The position numbers and the translations under genes were made by a program. Under the pieces are notes generated by a model, which saw only the letters and a list, made by a program, of their open reading frames with translations, was not told where the DNA came from and searched no databases. A DNA stretch of 64,000 nt from Epiperipatus broadwayi (taxonomy: Eukaryota > Animalia > Onychophora): assembly GCA_028023455.1 (NCBI GenBank), contig JAQFVV010000003.1, forward strand, positions 25,482,001-25,546,000, written 5' to 3'. Within the stretch, counting starts at the first letter, position 1; each line of letters starts with the position of its first letter. Of this stretch, positions 37,301 to 51,520 are shown piece by piece.

Positions 37301-39479
37301 TAATGTTTGATGAAAAAAAAATCATCTAATTTATTGCTAGATATATGTTTCTTTTAATCATAAATTATGTCATCAGTAGCCCAGGAAACCAAATAAGTCT
37401 CACTTCCTGCACTACTGATGATATCAGATTTAATTGACAGTAATATATATCTAGCAAGAAGTTGGTTTTTTTTTTAAAAAAAATCGAATCTCACTATTTG
37501 CAACATTACAAAATTTAAATAAAGGGTATAAGTAAATAACTTTAGTATTTTATATATATATATATAATTATTTCATTGTTTTTGTACAAAATACTATTTA
37601 AATTTTTTTACATATTTATATACTTTCAAACAACTATTTTTACATACACTTTAAAATATGAATAAAGACATCTGAAAAGAGAAATAATACCCCAAAACAG
37701 CACCTTTCAGTTAGCCAAGTTACACTCCTTCATATGTCTTCATATCATAGTTTAGCAACTTGACAGTATCAACTTTAGATAAATATTAATAGTTATTACT
37801 AATCACCAATATATTAGGCTAGAGATTACTAGAATCATATTTAACTCAAGTATAGATTTATTAATATCATATAGTTGTAATTAAGGATTAATAGATTAAT
37901 CTTTGACTAAGTTTAAAGTTTATGTCTGTGCTAAAAATAATTAGTAACAATCATTAATATATTTACCTAAAAATAACATTGTTAAATTATGAAATTTTTT
38001 TTAGTACTTATAAGGTAAATGGTAATAATAATATATGTGTATATAGTAAAAGTTTGTTAGTCAAATCTCATATAAGTATATAAATAAATATTTATCTAGT
38101 CATCCATATCAATACATAGAGAAATACTATATACTGATAAAATGTTAGTTGTTTTTTCACTATGAATAGATATGGTGACTAATAATTATTCATTTACACA
38201 CTTCTATTTCTAATTTTGTCATCAATTTGATGCATGGGAGGGATTGATATTAATTTCTAGGATTATCTGCTGAAATCCCTGTTTTTAGATAAAATAGTGT
38301 ATAGTGATAAAGTGATTGTCGATTTTCTGTATGTACTGATATGGTTGACTAACTATTTATTGACTACACACTTATATATGGTCTGATTAACCAACTTTGT
38401 TACATATATTTAAGTATGTTAGGATCTATGTCTTGGCTATATTGTTTATATCTAAGTATGCATTTTATAATTATGTTTTGACAGTGTGTTTATCATATCA
38501 CCAGACTTATTATTTAATACTTCAATTGCTCACTGTTTGAAAAAAGTATTATTAAAAAAAAAGAATATTAGACATTCGTAAAGTTAAATTCATACATTTC
38601 ATAACGATACCATTTCTTCAGTCAACTATTTTCTCTTTTTGAGAATTCATTCATATAAGTGTTCTCTCTTTTTCTTTAGATATATTACTATCTATTTTTT
38701 ATTTTTGTTTTTTAATCACTTTTGTTGATGTCTAAATGTATATATTTTAAAAATTAAATTAGATGTTAGATTTGTATATATAAAATTAGATAAAATAAAT
38801 ATAATAAAGAAAAAAACTTCTGGAATAAATTCTACAATATTCAAAATATCAGTATATAAAAATAAATAATAGCTATAGCTAGCTTATGGCATCTACAGAC
38901 GTTCTGAGTAGCTTTATTTTATATATATATATATTGGTATTTTGAATAATGTAGAATTTATTTCATAGGAGTTTTTTTTTACATACATATATTAAGCATC
39001 TATATTATATGGGATTTATAATTAACTATGGTTTCAGATAAAGATAAGTTTGGAATCAAATGGCAGTAAATACAGAAAAATTACTGCATGTATTAATTAA
39101 TATGATAAATTAACGCATTTACATTATTTTTCTTTTAATAATACACTGAACTGTTGTTATTCATTTATAATCAATAATTTCTAATTCTAATCTAAGTCCA
39201 CTAGTTTTTAATCCAAGATTTACTTTTCTGATAAATATTTTTTCTTAAGTGATCTTGTTTGCTTTTTAAATATTTTAATAATTTTTTATTATGTATTTTC
39301 CAAAAACAAATAACTAAATGATGAAAAAACCTTGATCAAATCGATTTAAAAGTTGAGTAATTATTTGCTAAGCACTCCGTTTTACAACATTCAGATAACA
39401 ATCATTTATAAAATATTATTAATTACGTGTCAGTTTGTATAGATTTCATAACAATTAAAGGCTAATTACAACAAGTGAA

Positions 39480-40310
39480 ATTAGTTTTAACAATTATAGC
39501 AAATAGCTTCATTCTAATCTAAAGCCATCTACTGAGAACTTCAATTGAACAATCAAGTTTTTGGGTTTTATCTTTGTCAATGAAGACTAAAATTCGAACT
39601 TAGAACTAATGTACTTAAGCATTTAGAAATCATTTTCTATTCTTCTATGCTATTTGAGATAAACTGAAATTTAAAAACACCATAATATCAAACCTAGTCT
39701 TACTCTTTTGCATAGTTACATAGATTTATCTCCAAATCAGTTTCTATACATTTTTGAAATCTCTGTTCTATCACAACTGATCCCATGTCAAATCTATATA
39801 GCTATACGAGTGAATTAGTCTGGATTTGAAACTTTAGTATTCTTTTTAAAAAATTTTAAGTTATTAGTTTCAATAGTATAAAGATTTTCAATTGGTTGGA
39901 CTGTTGAAGAGTTGGAGTGCGTAGTAGATTGGAGCCTGTCCATTAAAGTATGAAGATTGTCTATCTTAATATATATCTGAGAACTTATAGTATATATGTG
40001 TGGGAGATGATAATCTGGACCAAATGATGATTGCTGGTTTAGCATGAAATACGGATATTGGTGATTATTTATCTTTTCAGCATATATGTGCTTGAGTGTA
40101 TCATTGTTATTAGATAGAGTGGAGAGTGGTGGGATATGTGAAAGTCTGTGCTCATATACCCTATATATTACATATATAGACACAGGTATGTAATAAGCCT
40201 GTGTTTCAGTTATTTTAATAGTATAAAGAAGTAAAAGATAATTGCTGATACAATCTGCCTTACTTCCAGCTTTGAATCCTAGTTCCAAAGACAATGAGAA
40301 AATCCAATGC
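39480..40310 (-). mobile_element. Probable third decayed L1/Tx1-type ORF2 3' fragment
   Basis: MNGIGF and LNA..ST, plus a decayed Cys-domain-like stretch, parallel the 28.5-kb and 57-kb fragments. Includes the 159-aa ORF 39815-40294. Confidence 0.4.
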
Positions 40311-41619
40311 CATTCATGTCTATTAATTACTCAAGCTTATACCAATTAAAATAGGGTGAAGTTAACTACTCTTAGAAGCACATGACAAAGCTGGGAGATT
40401 ATGCAATATTAAAATTTAAAAATTCAAAATTTAGGTAAAGAGAAAATAGAATTAATTAAATAAGGTCACCAAGCCTTAATACTGTACTAACTTCTGATAG
40501 TTCTTTACTTTATTAATCTGAACTTATATAAATCTGAATTACATAAATACTTTTTGGCATAATAATAATAATTTAAAAAATGTGATATATAAGTCAAATA
40601 GACATAAGTTCTTATTTACTTTATGCTGCATGAATATAGGATATATTACAATTATTAAGAAGGAAGTAAACCTTCAATAATCCCCTGATTCTTAAATATT
40701 ACAAATTTCCTTGCACTCCTCCCCCAATACGAGTTTTAAAAGCTCAAGTGATTTTAAAAGATTAAGTGAATCACTTAAGTTTAGAGCGTATCTATATATA
40801 CATCAATTCTTACTGACCATGCTTATATCAGAGTTGAGTCTTTTGTGTATGCATTCAATGACTAAAAAAGTTGAATTAAGCTAAAAGTCATATCCTTACA
40901 TAAGTAATGGATTATCAATTTAGCAAAATAAAATAAAGTGAAAATATTGAGACTCTACTGATAAATACAAAAATTGAGAGATCAGAAGTTTTATACATAA
41001 AAAATATTTGCAATAAAGAATATCTATTTAATTAATATTAATATGAAATATAGTGAAATATTGCCATACAAGAACTGATTTAAAATTGCTTTTATATATG
41101 TGTAAAACTAATCCAATCTTTCAGATTTGCAAACATTCCTTCTAAGTTCACTATAAATATTGAATTACAACTCTGTGTAAAATTGCTCAGAACAACCTCT
41201 TTCATTAAGCATATATTTCACCAAAAGTCCTCATTTATCAGATGAGCACTCACATAGAGAATAATAATAATTTTTATTTATTTATATGTCTTAATTATAA
41301 CTAGTTTGTTGGCTTTTGGAACTTAAGTGTTTTAACAATTGGTAGACATTACATTTCATTTAATCTACCATCCTCCAATATTTATATCTCATGGTAGATG
41401 AAACAAATACAAGCATCTCTCTATACTTAGCTATAGGAAACTTGAGGAATTAATAATTAAATTATAGTGTTTTAAAATCACAGTCCTCAAAATAATTTTT
41501 AGCTTCTGACTTTATCATTGAAACTACAGATTCAAAGTTGGAAAGAATGCATTTATGCATTTGGCAACCAATTTTAAAACTTGACATTCAAAAATTTTTA
41601 AGGTAATGTCTAAATGCAT

Positions 41620-44300
41620 AACTACATTACTTTTAGCTTTGAATCCCAAGCCTTATTGATAAAAACAAAAGCCATCTGGGAATTGAGATTTAAATGTTTT
41701 GTCACCTGATTACTCAAACTTGTTATATGTGGAACCAGTGCAGGAATTGTTCTTGTTTTATAACATGTTGTGTAAACTAACATATCAAGTGATTTGTTAT
41801 TAATAACATTCCTGGCTAGGTGATATAATTTGAATCCACACCAAAGCACCTAATTGATACTATAAAGAATATGCAGATAATAAATTGAATATTTATTTCT
41901 TAAATTGCCATTATTTCATTTGATATTTTAATATGGATATAAATTATTCTAACTTATTATTAGATATGAATATTAGTGCATTGATGAATTAAATATCATA
42001 TATGTATAAGATTGATTGCTAAACCATCCAAATTCCCAAAATCAAATTGGTTGTAATTAAAGTGCATAAGTAGAAGTCTATTTATCAACTTTGTGTAGAT
42101 GTTTAGATTTGTCAAATTTCTAGTTCACCTGATAATTGAGCTTTCTGATGAAATGTTTATATGGTACAGAAATTGATCTGGATAGTTTTATATTGAATGA
42201 TAACTCAAGATTTATAAATTTTGGAAGAATATATTGCAAATATGAAAAACTGGATTCATTATAGATATTTATCAGATGTTTTAGTTAATTTATTTTAAAT
42301 GGATTTTTATGTGTGTATGACGAAATCATTCTATATTTGTATATTAATCTGTTTAATTTAATTTTTATACAAAAGATTGAAAATAAACTTAGTAGTCATA
42401 ACATCATATTGATAATTATATTTATATTTTTCTATATAAAAAGTTATTTAAACATAGGCATAAGACAAATTATTTCTTTTCTTGAAATTAATAATTATTA
42501 CTTTATTATTATGCATCAGGCTCAGCTAATTTGACATTTAATATGACAATTCTGATTAAACTTATAAAATAAAATTAATTCTATCTAATTAATTTCAGAA
42601 TATCCCATGTCTAGATATCTATCATTTTTTGCACTTTCTTTTTCCAAAAACTAACACTAGCATTATGATATTAAAACATGTAACTTAGTGTTCAATATAA
42701 TATTATGTTGTGTTTACTTGTGGCCATTAAGTCCCTATTTACAATTTTTAAAATCTGTCACCCTATATTAGAATGTCTTGCATTCACCAAAAAATATTTT
42801 GATAATTGCTGTCTTCTGAAATATAATTAAAAACAAGCTCAGCAATGTAATAAACAATTTTAAGCAACCAAGTATTCATTGTTATCAATCATTTCTTAAG
42901 AAACAATTAATTGCTTTACTTTTTCAAATACTAGTTTTAAACTATAATGTAAATCATGGATTTAGCATCAGTAAATGTCTCTCTCCAATTAGAGATAAAG
43001 TTTACATTATATTGTATTTATATATATTTTTAAATATAGTCTCATCTTACTGAATCAATGTGGAATTTACCAGACAATTAAAACTATATAAGCTGAAGCT
43101 AGATTCCTGTAGTGCTTATTTGTTTTAAAACTATGTACTAAAAAATTCTGAGCTTATTTGCACTTTTACATATGCTTTGTAAATAAACTCTCATCTCCAT
43201 TCTGGATTTCAACTCTTTTCTGATTTACAAATAAGCATATTTAATTTATGCATCTTAATAGCATAAAAAGCCATTTGTAATGTTGTTCCATATATAAAGA
43301 TGCTAGAATAAATTATGTTACAGTTGTAACTACTGAAACAATAATAATAACCGAATGCTTAGCTATGGTGGATATTATGTGACATTCAGAAATGACAAGT
43401 TGAGTTTTGATTCAGGAATCTTATTCTATCAACTTTGTTACTTTAACACTATCCTGAAGAACACAGTGTAGAATATTTTCATTTATAAAAAAATACAAAA
43501 TGCTAAAATGCTTCAAGTTTTTTGCTAGATGACTTCATTTATTTTATATATTTATATACTTACATATACAAAATGATTTTTAATATTTGTGGAAAAAATT
43601 AATGTTTTGTTTTAAAAAAAATGTAATTGTATTATTTTAAACTATTAAATCCTAACAATAAAATAAACAAATAAATGGTTGCTTGAGAGACCAAACATTG
43701 CTTTAACACTAGAAGAAAAAAAAATGACTTGGATTCAGGAACCTTTAAATCCATCACTCTATCATTGTGCATCTAAAGATGACAAAATATTATTTAATAA
43801 TAATTCTATATTGTTATTGCTTGAACCTATCCTTAGGCAGAGAAATAAAAGAAAAGCAACTCTCCACTCTAGTGCCCCCTATAGTAAGGTTGAGTAATCA
43901 GTAATTACCAGATAATAGTATATTTAATTCTTCAACGTCAGACTTTTTTTTAGCTTTTACTTTTAACAATGTGGTGTGAGATTCAAGACTGGAAATAATA
44001 CCGTTATGTAACTAGCAATGTCCTTTAATTCAAGTTTACTATTCAAATTCAAGCTTGAATAATAAAATGGAGCTGAAGATATTTGGTTAGATATATAATT
44101 GTGTTATTTCCAACTTTCAATCCCAAGCCTCATTGATTAAGACAAAAGCTAAAAACTGGTCAGATTGAAGGCATACATCCTTTATCATTTGTCAGTTACT
44201 GATTATTGAACCTTATTATAGATGACTCTAAAGTAGAGCTAATCTTTTTTTTATCATGTATTATGTAACGTAAAGAAATGTGATTTATTATTATAGCCAT
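41620..44300. repeat. Two diverged copies of an unclassified repeat (about 41620-41830 and 44100-44300)
   Basis: Shared aatcccaagcct-attgat-aa-acaaaagc and ctgatta-t-aa. A related gattactcaag motif occurs near 54020 and 58030. Confidence 0.4.
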
Positions 44301-47300
44301 ATTTATTTGAAACAATACTTAAAAGATATTTTTGGAAATTTATAGAGAGTAAATTTAATAAAATAAAAAATTATATATATACGCTACAATGTTCTGAAAT
44401 AACAAGATGGTAATAATTAGAAAATCTAAAAAAAAAAAAAAAAAGACCATACATATTTCACCTTAATATCTCAATCTATTTGAAATAAGGTGGCCACATG
44501 GAAAAATGAAGATTAATGGTGCTTCTTATCAGCCGACATAACTGAGTGACAATAAGAACACCACAGTTCTTGTTCACTTGTTCAGAACCATATGAAAATG
44601 GTATCTTAATAATTAAAAAATTAAAGCAGACTATATTTAAAACATTAAAAAAAATGTATAGTTTCCCTTAACTTGAAATTAGTTGTAAAAGATTTTTAAA
44701 TTAAAATAAATGCAATGCTTTCACGCACACACAAAAATGTAAAAATATTTCTTAAAAAAATTAAAATGGAGTTTAAAAAAAACTCATAGCAATCGAATGG
44801 TGGACTCAAAAACTGAACTAATTCTCTGCTAAATAAAATGAAAAATAAATCTCAGTTAAATCAACAAAATTGAACTATTATACTCAATCTGCTGCTTGGA
44901 TGTTAAAATATCACATGACATTGTAATTAGTCATATGATTATTTTTACTTTATTATTATGTTGGGTTATCAATTAAGATCCTTAAGCTACTTATATACTA
45001 AAGTTTATTATTATAACTGCAATCTCAAGTTTAAGTCCAAAGTGATTTAGATATTTTTTTAGATAATTAAGAAAATAGCATGAATGTTAATGATTTTTTT
45101 TATATAATTTGAAAACCCAGATAAAGATTAAATTTGATATACTTGAGTATTGTTATCTCAGGAGAAAGGTATATTTCAAGATTTACAATATTGTAGTTTT
45201 ACTGAAAAATTACTCTCTTCTTCTTATAAATTATACTACATCAAGGGATAGGAGATATTAAATCATGACTAGAAAAAATACTTTTAAATTATTCAACATT
45301 TAGTAATTATATTATAAAAACAGACAGATATGGGTAATAAATCTATAGGAACATTAAAGAGTATTGCACATGTTATAGTTATATGGTATAACGAAGCTCA
45401 AATATAGAGAAAAAATATGAAATAATATATTTGAGATTTTTAAAAACAATAGAAGTACATTAAATTATAGGAATGTTTGTTTCATAATTGTCAACAATTA
45501 TAATCTTGTTTCCCATCAGTGTCTGTTTTTATAACAATATGACTACAATAATTGTGCAAAGAAGCTTAGTATTTGTAGATATGCCATAAATCATTCTATC
45601 ATGTTATCAGCAAATCCTTCATATGGACCACCTTTTTATTAATTTCATTCATTATTCAATTTCAAAATCTTTATATTTATATATTGATTTCATTATATAC
45701 CATATAATACTAAATCATCCATGCACTAATAAATTAATAATTATATGTTTGGTTTGTGATGTCCTTGATATTAGAGTATTTAAAGGTGTACTAAACATGC
45801 CATTTTATTTACTTGATTAACTGGATGTTTTTTAATTTTAATCAATTAATAATTGGTTTAAGATTTTGAATCTATAACTGTGTGAAGTTAAGTTTAATAT
45901 AAGGGTCAGCTTATAAGGAAAATACCAGTTAGCTAAAAAAACAATTATATGAGTCAGGCTTGCAATGCTACCTGTTGTCCATTGATTTTATTCATGACTT
46001 ACAACATAGTTTTTGGAGTTGGTCAAAAGATTTCATTAGTGTCAACATCATCACATCACAAAAAAGTTTGTGTTTACCAACAATTGTGGGTAATATTTTC
46101 AGAAGATATCATTAGTAGCCACTTTGTAAACAAACATGACCATTATAACAGCTGAAACAAAAACCAAAAAAAAAAAAACAATTAAAGATGATTTTAATGA
46201 CGATTACACAAACCAATCTATATGTCATATGAAAGCAGCTTTAAACATAAGATGCTAAAATAAAGTTGTTAAGCTATAAAAAAAACACTAACCATGTTCA
46301 TATCTCTTGGTGAATTGATTGTATGATTTTCAAACAGAGAAAGTAGCACGTCATTTAAAATTTATTAATACTATACAGAATAAAAGCTTTTATTCAGAGA
46401 TGTATACAATATTTTAGGAAACTGTTCGTTCAAGAGTTGTAAAATAATTTAAAGAACAAATTCTAATGACTGATGTTAAATTTAATGACATATAAGTATG
46501 TAAACCTGCACGTATAATTTAGAATAGCATTCTATTTAGTAATTGCGGTTTTCTCCATAATAGTCATAATTTTAAAGCTTTGATTCTTTTTACAGAATTC
46601 AGGAAATAAAGATCTTATTTCTGTGCAAACATCAAATAAATAGACCTGTTCAAGATCAAAATGCGCTGACGTTTTGATAACCGAGTTATTTTTGTTTGCT
46701 AGTTTTAAAAATATATCTAACTGTTTAATTTTACTTCTTGCTTTCTTTCATCTTATTAAATAGATACATTTAAAAATTTTATTTTTAGAAAAATTAGTTT
46801 ACACTCATTAAAAAGAAAAATTGTAAACTCTACAGAATTGGAGAATTATATATATATTCTCTGCTTATGTCGGACCTTGCAATTATCCCTATTTTCCCTA
46901 GTACAAATTATTTACAACCATATTACAAACTTTAATACTCTTTTTTTTTTATAATTAATAATCCATTGAAGTAAGAATATTCTTCAGTAAATGATGAAAT
47001 AGTTAGTCATTTGGGATGTCACGTGGTTTATGAGACTCAGATAGATTGAGCAACTTTCAGCCCTTGAGTCCATCATTCTATCATTGTACCATGCAGGGTC
47101 ATAATATAATACTGAGCAGTGCTATTTTTGAAACTTCTATAACACATCATCAGCATCATTATTATTAATAATAAATTACTATCAGTTTATCAAACAAACT
47201 TGTAATCCAGAAAATTCTAGGAATCAAGAATTCTGGATTATTAGTAATATGCTTTTTAATAGCAAATTTTCATTTTTCTGCCATAATTTAGTATTTATTT

Positions 47301-47559
47301 ATTAGTGATTAAATACAGATTTTATTATTCATAAAAATAGCATACTAAAGCGCCATCTTTTGACTACAAAATTATCTTGCTATGTAGTTTAGCACAATGA
47401 TTGAATGACAAGCTTAAAGGCTAAGAATTCTAAATTAATTTGTAGTTCAACCTATCATTTTGGTATTTGAATTTTCTGAGAAATTAACTATTTGATTATT
47501 TTATATTATTAAAAAGTTGATGATTATATAGCTTTAGCCACTTTTATCTTGATGATATA

Positions 47560-48756
47560 CACCCGGGTCTCGTTTTATGTGATAGATAGGTTCCTCAGAA
47601 AACACGCGCAAATGAAATCACACAAAAATAGATGTAACTTAGCTTGAAAAAGGGGGGATGTGGACTGTGATTTTTCAAAATTCGCGTAAAAGCAAAGCAC
47701 CAACGTAAAATTACTTTAAAATTCACGCAAAAAAAAAAAATAAGGAAATAAAATATGACTAATAAAAAATTTCAAATTTGAAAAAAATTGATACAAGACA
47801 AACTTTTTTTAACTATAATATTTAATTTTATTCAAAATAATATATTTTTATGCATAATTTACAGTACAGTAATTTACATTTTTTTATACACGTTTTAATT
47901 ATTAATGCTATTTGCCGATAAACAGGTTCATTTGCAAACTGGTAAAGATTCTTCACAAGAGGAACTACAACTAGCACCAACTTCACTCTCATATTGTTGT
48001 GTTAATGGTTTTCTAGTGACAATGTAATTAGTAATTAATATTTGAGATGATGATTTTATTAATTGTTTATGAAGCTCGTGATATCCAGACATACAACCAT
48101 GTAGCTCTCGTTGGAATTTAAGAGCACATTCATGATTAGTGTCATTAGTAAGAAAATAATTTGCCAACTGATTAGAAAGTTGAAGACCTTCTCGAATCAT
48201 TTTTGAAGTGAAAGGAACAGGTTCCACTTCTGTTTCATTATCTTTTTCTACATTTTCTTCTGTATCTAAACTTTTATTTTTGTCTTTAATTTTTTAATTT
48301 TCAATTCTGTTTAAAAATCAAATTTTGTTTCACTGCTATTACTCACCTTTTAAAAATAAACTTGCGGACACTAAATGATTAATAATTGATTACGTTCTTT
48401 TTTAAAAAGCAAAAACAGAATGTGATTTAAAATGCAAAATTAACATGCACAATGTTTGAACAAATTTACATTATAATCTTGTAAAATTTAATGTGTGTAT
48501 ACATAAAATGTGGAAATCATGATTTTAATTTCATTATTGCATAAAATCTTACTATTATAAAGCAACTGAAAATATTGAAATTACTAACATGAAAGTCGAA
48601 TTCCAATAATGTGCTATTACTTTCAATATAACGTAAGTGCACAAAATTTATTATTTAAAGTAATAGCGCATTATCGGAGTTCGACTTCCGTTGAAACATA
48701 AATCGCGTAACTTCAAAATCATATTAAATAAGTCCACATAAAAAGAGACCCAGGTG
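47560..48756 (-). mobile_element. Internally deleted Tigger/pogo (Tc1/mariner) element
   Basis: TIR cacccgggtctcgttttatgtg / cacataaaaagagacccaggtg with TA TSD. ORF 47928-48227 (FT...TNDTNHECALKFQREL...YHELHKQ...QILITNY) resembles the Tigger transposase C-terminus. Confidence 0.85.
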
Positions 48757-49449
48757 TATTTCAAAATTCTTTTTTTTTTCTTTTTAAATTTAGCTTAGTT
48801 ACAAATATATACATTTTGCCACATTTTTTTCTTTTTAAAAATTTGTTTTTATAGAAGTGAATTTCATATACACAAAAAATATCCAGCAATGTTTCCATTA
48901 TTTCTAACATCTTTGTTAAGATATTTATATATATTGCTTATAACAACTTCTTTCAGTACTCATACTTATGACAATCTATCCCACTCGATGGCATTGTTGT
49001 TAGCCAAAAGTAGCTGAACCAGGCACAACTTCTCAATTGCTAACAGTAATTGAGTCCTAGCAATTGAGTCTTTTGGCTAATTGTGGCCTAGCAGCATGTT
49101 TTGTGATCAATTGTTTTCACAATTCACACAGCCGACCATATCAGTTAGCTCTGATCCATGTTGTTTATTCTCTGTATGAATAGCTGACACAACATATTGA
49201 TAAGTTGTCATGGTAGGGTGTGAATAATTGTAATGACAGAAAGTGAAACAATATTCGCTCAGATGTAATTATTTTCAAACCTAAATGAATTACTATAAAG
49301 TCCTGCAAATTGTCACACTGTATCCAATGTCACCCCCTTGTAAACACATTTAAATTAGGAAATGTGGTGACTCAGCATACCTGAATCTAAAGTCTTGTAC
49401 CTTGTGAGAGCTTGTGTTGGTAAAAAAAATGGCTACTTGTGACAAAAAA

Positions 49450-49795
49450 CTATTCGTTCAAGCTGTCTCTATTGCCTAATATATTAAATTATGGTTCATA
49501 AAAAAAAATAAAGGAACATTTATTACCAAACAAAAATAAATTGGTTATTGAGGTGTTGTATATCAAGCAAAAGTAAAACTATGTTTGAAGTAATCAAATC
49601 AACATTAGTGATAAAAGTATTCGTTCAATATGTCTCTATTGCCTAATATATTAAATTACGGTTCGCAAAAAAAAAAAAAAAGAAACATAAAATAAAGGAA
49701 CATTTATTACCAAATAAAAATAAATTGTTTATTGAGGCATTGTTTATCAACAAAAAATAAAACTATGATGAAGTAATCAAATCGTTAGTGCAAAA
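49450..49795. repeat. About 170-bp tandem duplication with a partial third unit near 49926
   Basis: tattcgttcaa...tgtctctattgcctaatatattaaatta...ataaaggaacatttattaccaaa occurs twice. Confidence 0.85.
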
Positions 49796-50145
49796 AAACT
49801 TAACAAATGAACATTTTGCAAATATATTCAATTATTTTCAAAAAAAATAAAAAAATAAAAACCTAATCCAAACAAACATTTCTTACAAAATAAAAAAATC
49901 TTGGTTATTTAAAAAAAAAAAAAGCTAAAATAAAGGAACATTTAAACCCCAAAAATTGCTTATTAATTGAAAATCTATGAAATTAGTTTAAAAAATAATA
50001 AAATACCATAATTTTAAAAAGTTATCTGTGTATTATTTATTTGTTAAAATGTTAAAGAAAATGTAATGATCCAGTAACATATGCTTTGTTGGAGGAACAC
50101 CGCCATCAAGCAGGATGGATTGTCATAAGTATGACTTTCATATAC

Positions 50146-50322
50146 ACTTTAATGCAAAAATTTTTTTAAATGAAACTTCTTTATTTTCCTGTCAGTTAAG
50201 ACTGTCCAGCAATCTTCATCAGAGCTTTCTCAAACTTCCTCCGCTCTGATGAAGACTTCTGGACAGTCAAAACTGTCAAGAAAATAAAAAAGTTTTATTA
50301 AAATTTTTTTTTGCATTAAAGT
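50146..50322. mobile_element. Palindromic mini-element with hammerhead-like motifs
   Basis: Arms 50146-50225 and 50243-50322. The right arm reads gct-ctgatga-a-gact-tctggac-agtc-aaaac-t-gtc. Confidence 0.7.
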
Positions 50323-50329
50323 ATTGTTG

Positions 50330-51520
50330 TATTCGTGTTGAGAAATAAACATCGAGTTTACTAGAGACAATTTACTCCAGAAGTTTTCGATTTATTTTAT
50401 TGAAAGTAAAAATAATTATAATGGAAAATAATTATAATTAAAAACAAGTGTGGGATTATTTTTATCAGAGATAAAAATAACTAATTAAAGTAAGAACAAT
50501 AAAACGGATTTGGAAAACAGATAAAGTTTTCGGAATGTAGCAGATAAGACTTAACAAAAGAACTCAGAGGGATATATAAACTGCTAGAGGAAAACATCGC
50601 GCACTTGTTACAGTTTTGTTAACAGAAGAAGTTGATATGTAAAGCTATTAAGAGCTATTTGCGGCACAACGGTTAAGAGTTGTTGCAGCCGAGTTTCATA
50701 TATTTTAGCTATAATTCTTTGTACTCGTTTATGTTATCGATCGGATTGTGTTTTTCTACCCCTCTGAAAAACTTAGAGGTGAAGACATTACAAGTATATA
50801 TGAAAGAAGTTATTATAAGCAATATATATGAAGAAATGCAAAGAAAGTAAAGGAGAAGAATAAGAGTACATCTTTGCTAAGACATAATTCATTTGAAAAA
50901 TAAAGTAAAAACAAAAGTATGTAAATAAAAAAATGCCAAAAATATGTGTATATATTTTATAAAAAGTTTATAACTCTTTAGACTTACCTTTTTAAACATT
51001 ATTTCATAAAATTGGCTTTTTTTAAAAAAAAAAACTATATATATATAATTCCTCTTAATAATAGATAACTATTTTCAAAATTTGCTTTAATTTCTTCCTA
51101 ACTTGTTAAAAATTTACTACAATTAAATTATATTTTAATAAGAAATATATAATTAAAATCAAAATCATTAAATCCTAATGCAAATAAAATTCCAATAAGT
51201 TCAAATTTCCTGATATAAAGTTTTTTTAAAATCAATCTTTCATTGTATACATATTACGTTTTCAATCGTTCTAATCTTATAATGGTTACTTTTAAGTTTT
51301 TTTCTTTTTCTTTTTATAAGTGAATCTACCGTATCAGTTCCTTTACAATGCAGACTATCCTCTCTTACTATGTATGTATTTTGCGCATATAACTTAGTGT
51401 AGACATAACAATAGATATAATCGTTATATCAATTGTTATTAATATAAACGTGTAACAGACTTTTTAAGTCTCATCTCTATTTTATTTTTTAATTGTATCA
51501 ATATAATTACTTTTCTCGTT
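50330..51520. promoter_or_regulatory. Second CpG-retaining island
   Basis: Hand count of about 9 CpG in 50521-50760 in an otherwise CpG-poor window. Confidence 0.35.

Noticed and set aside
45930-46130. Possible hAT dimerisation-domain remnant (KYYPQL...)
   Set aside because: Too decayed to support; no TIR or TSD.
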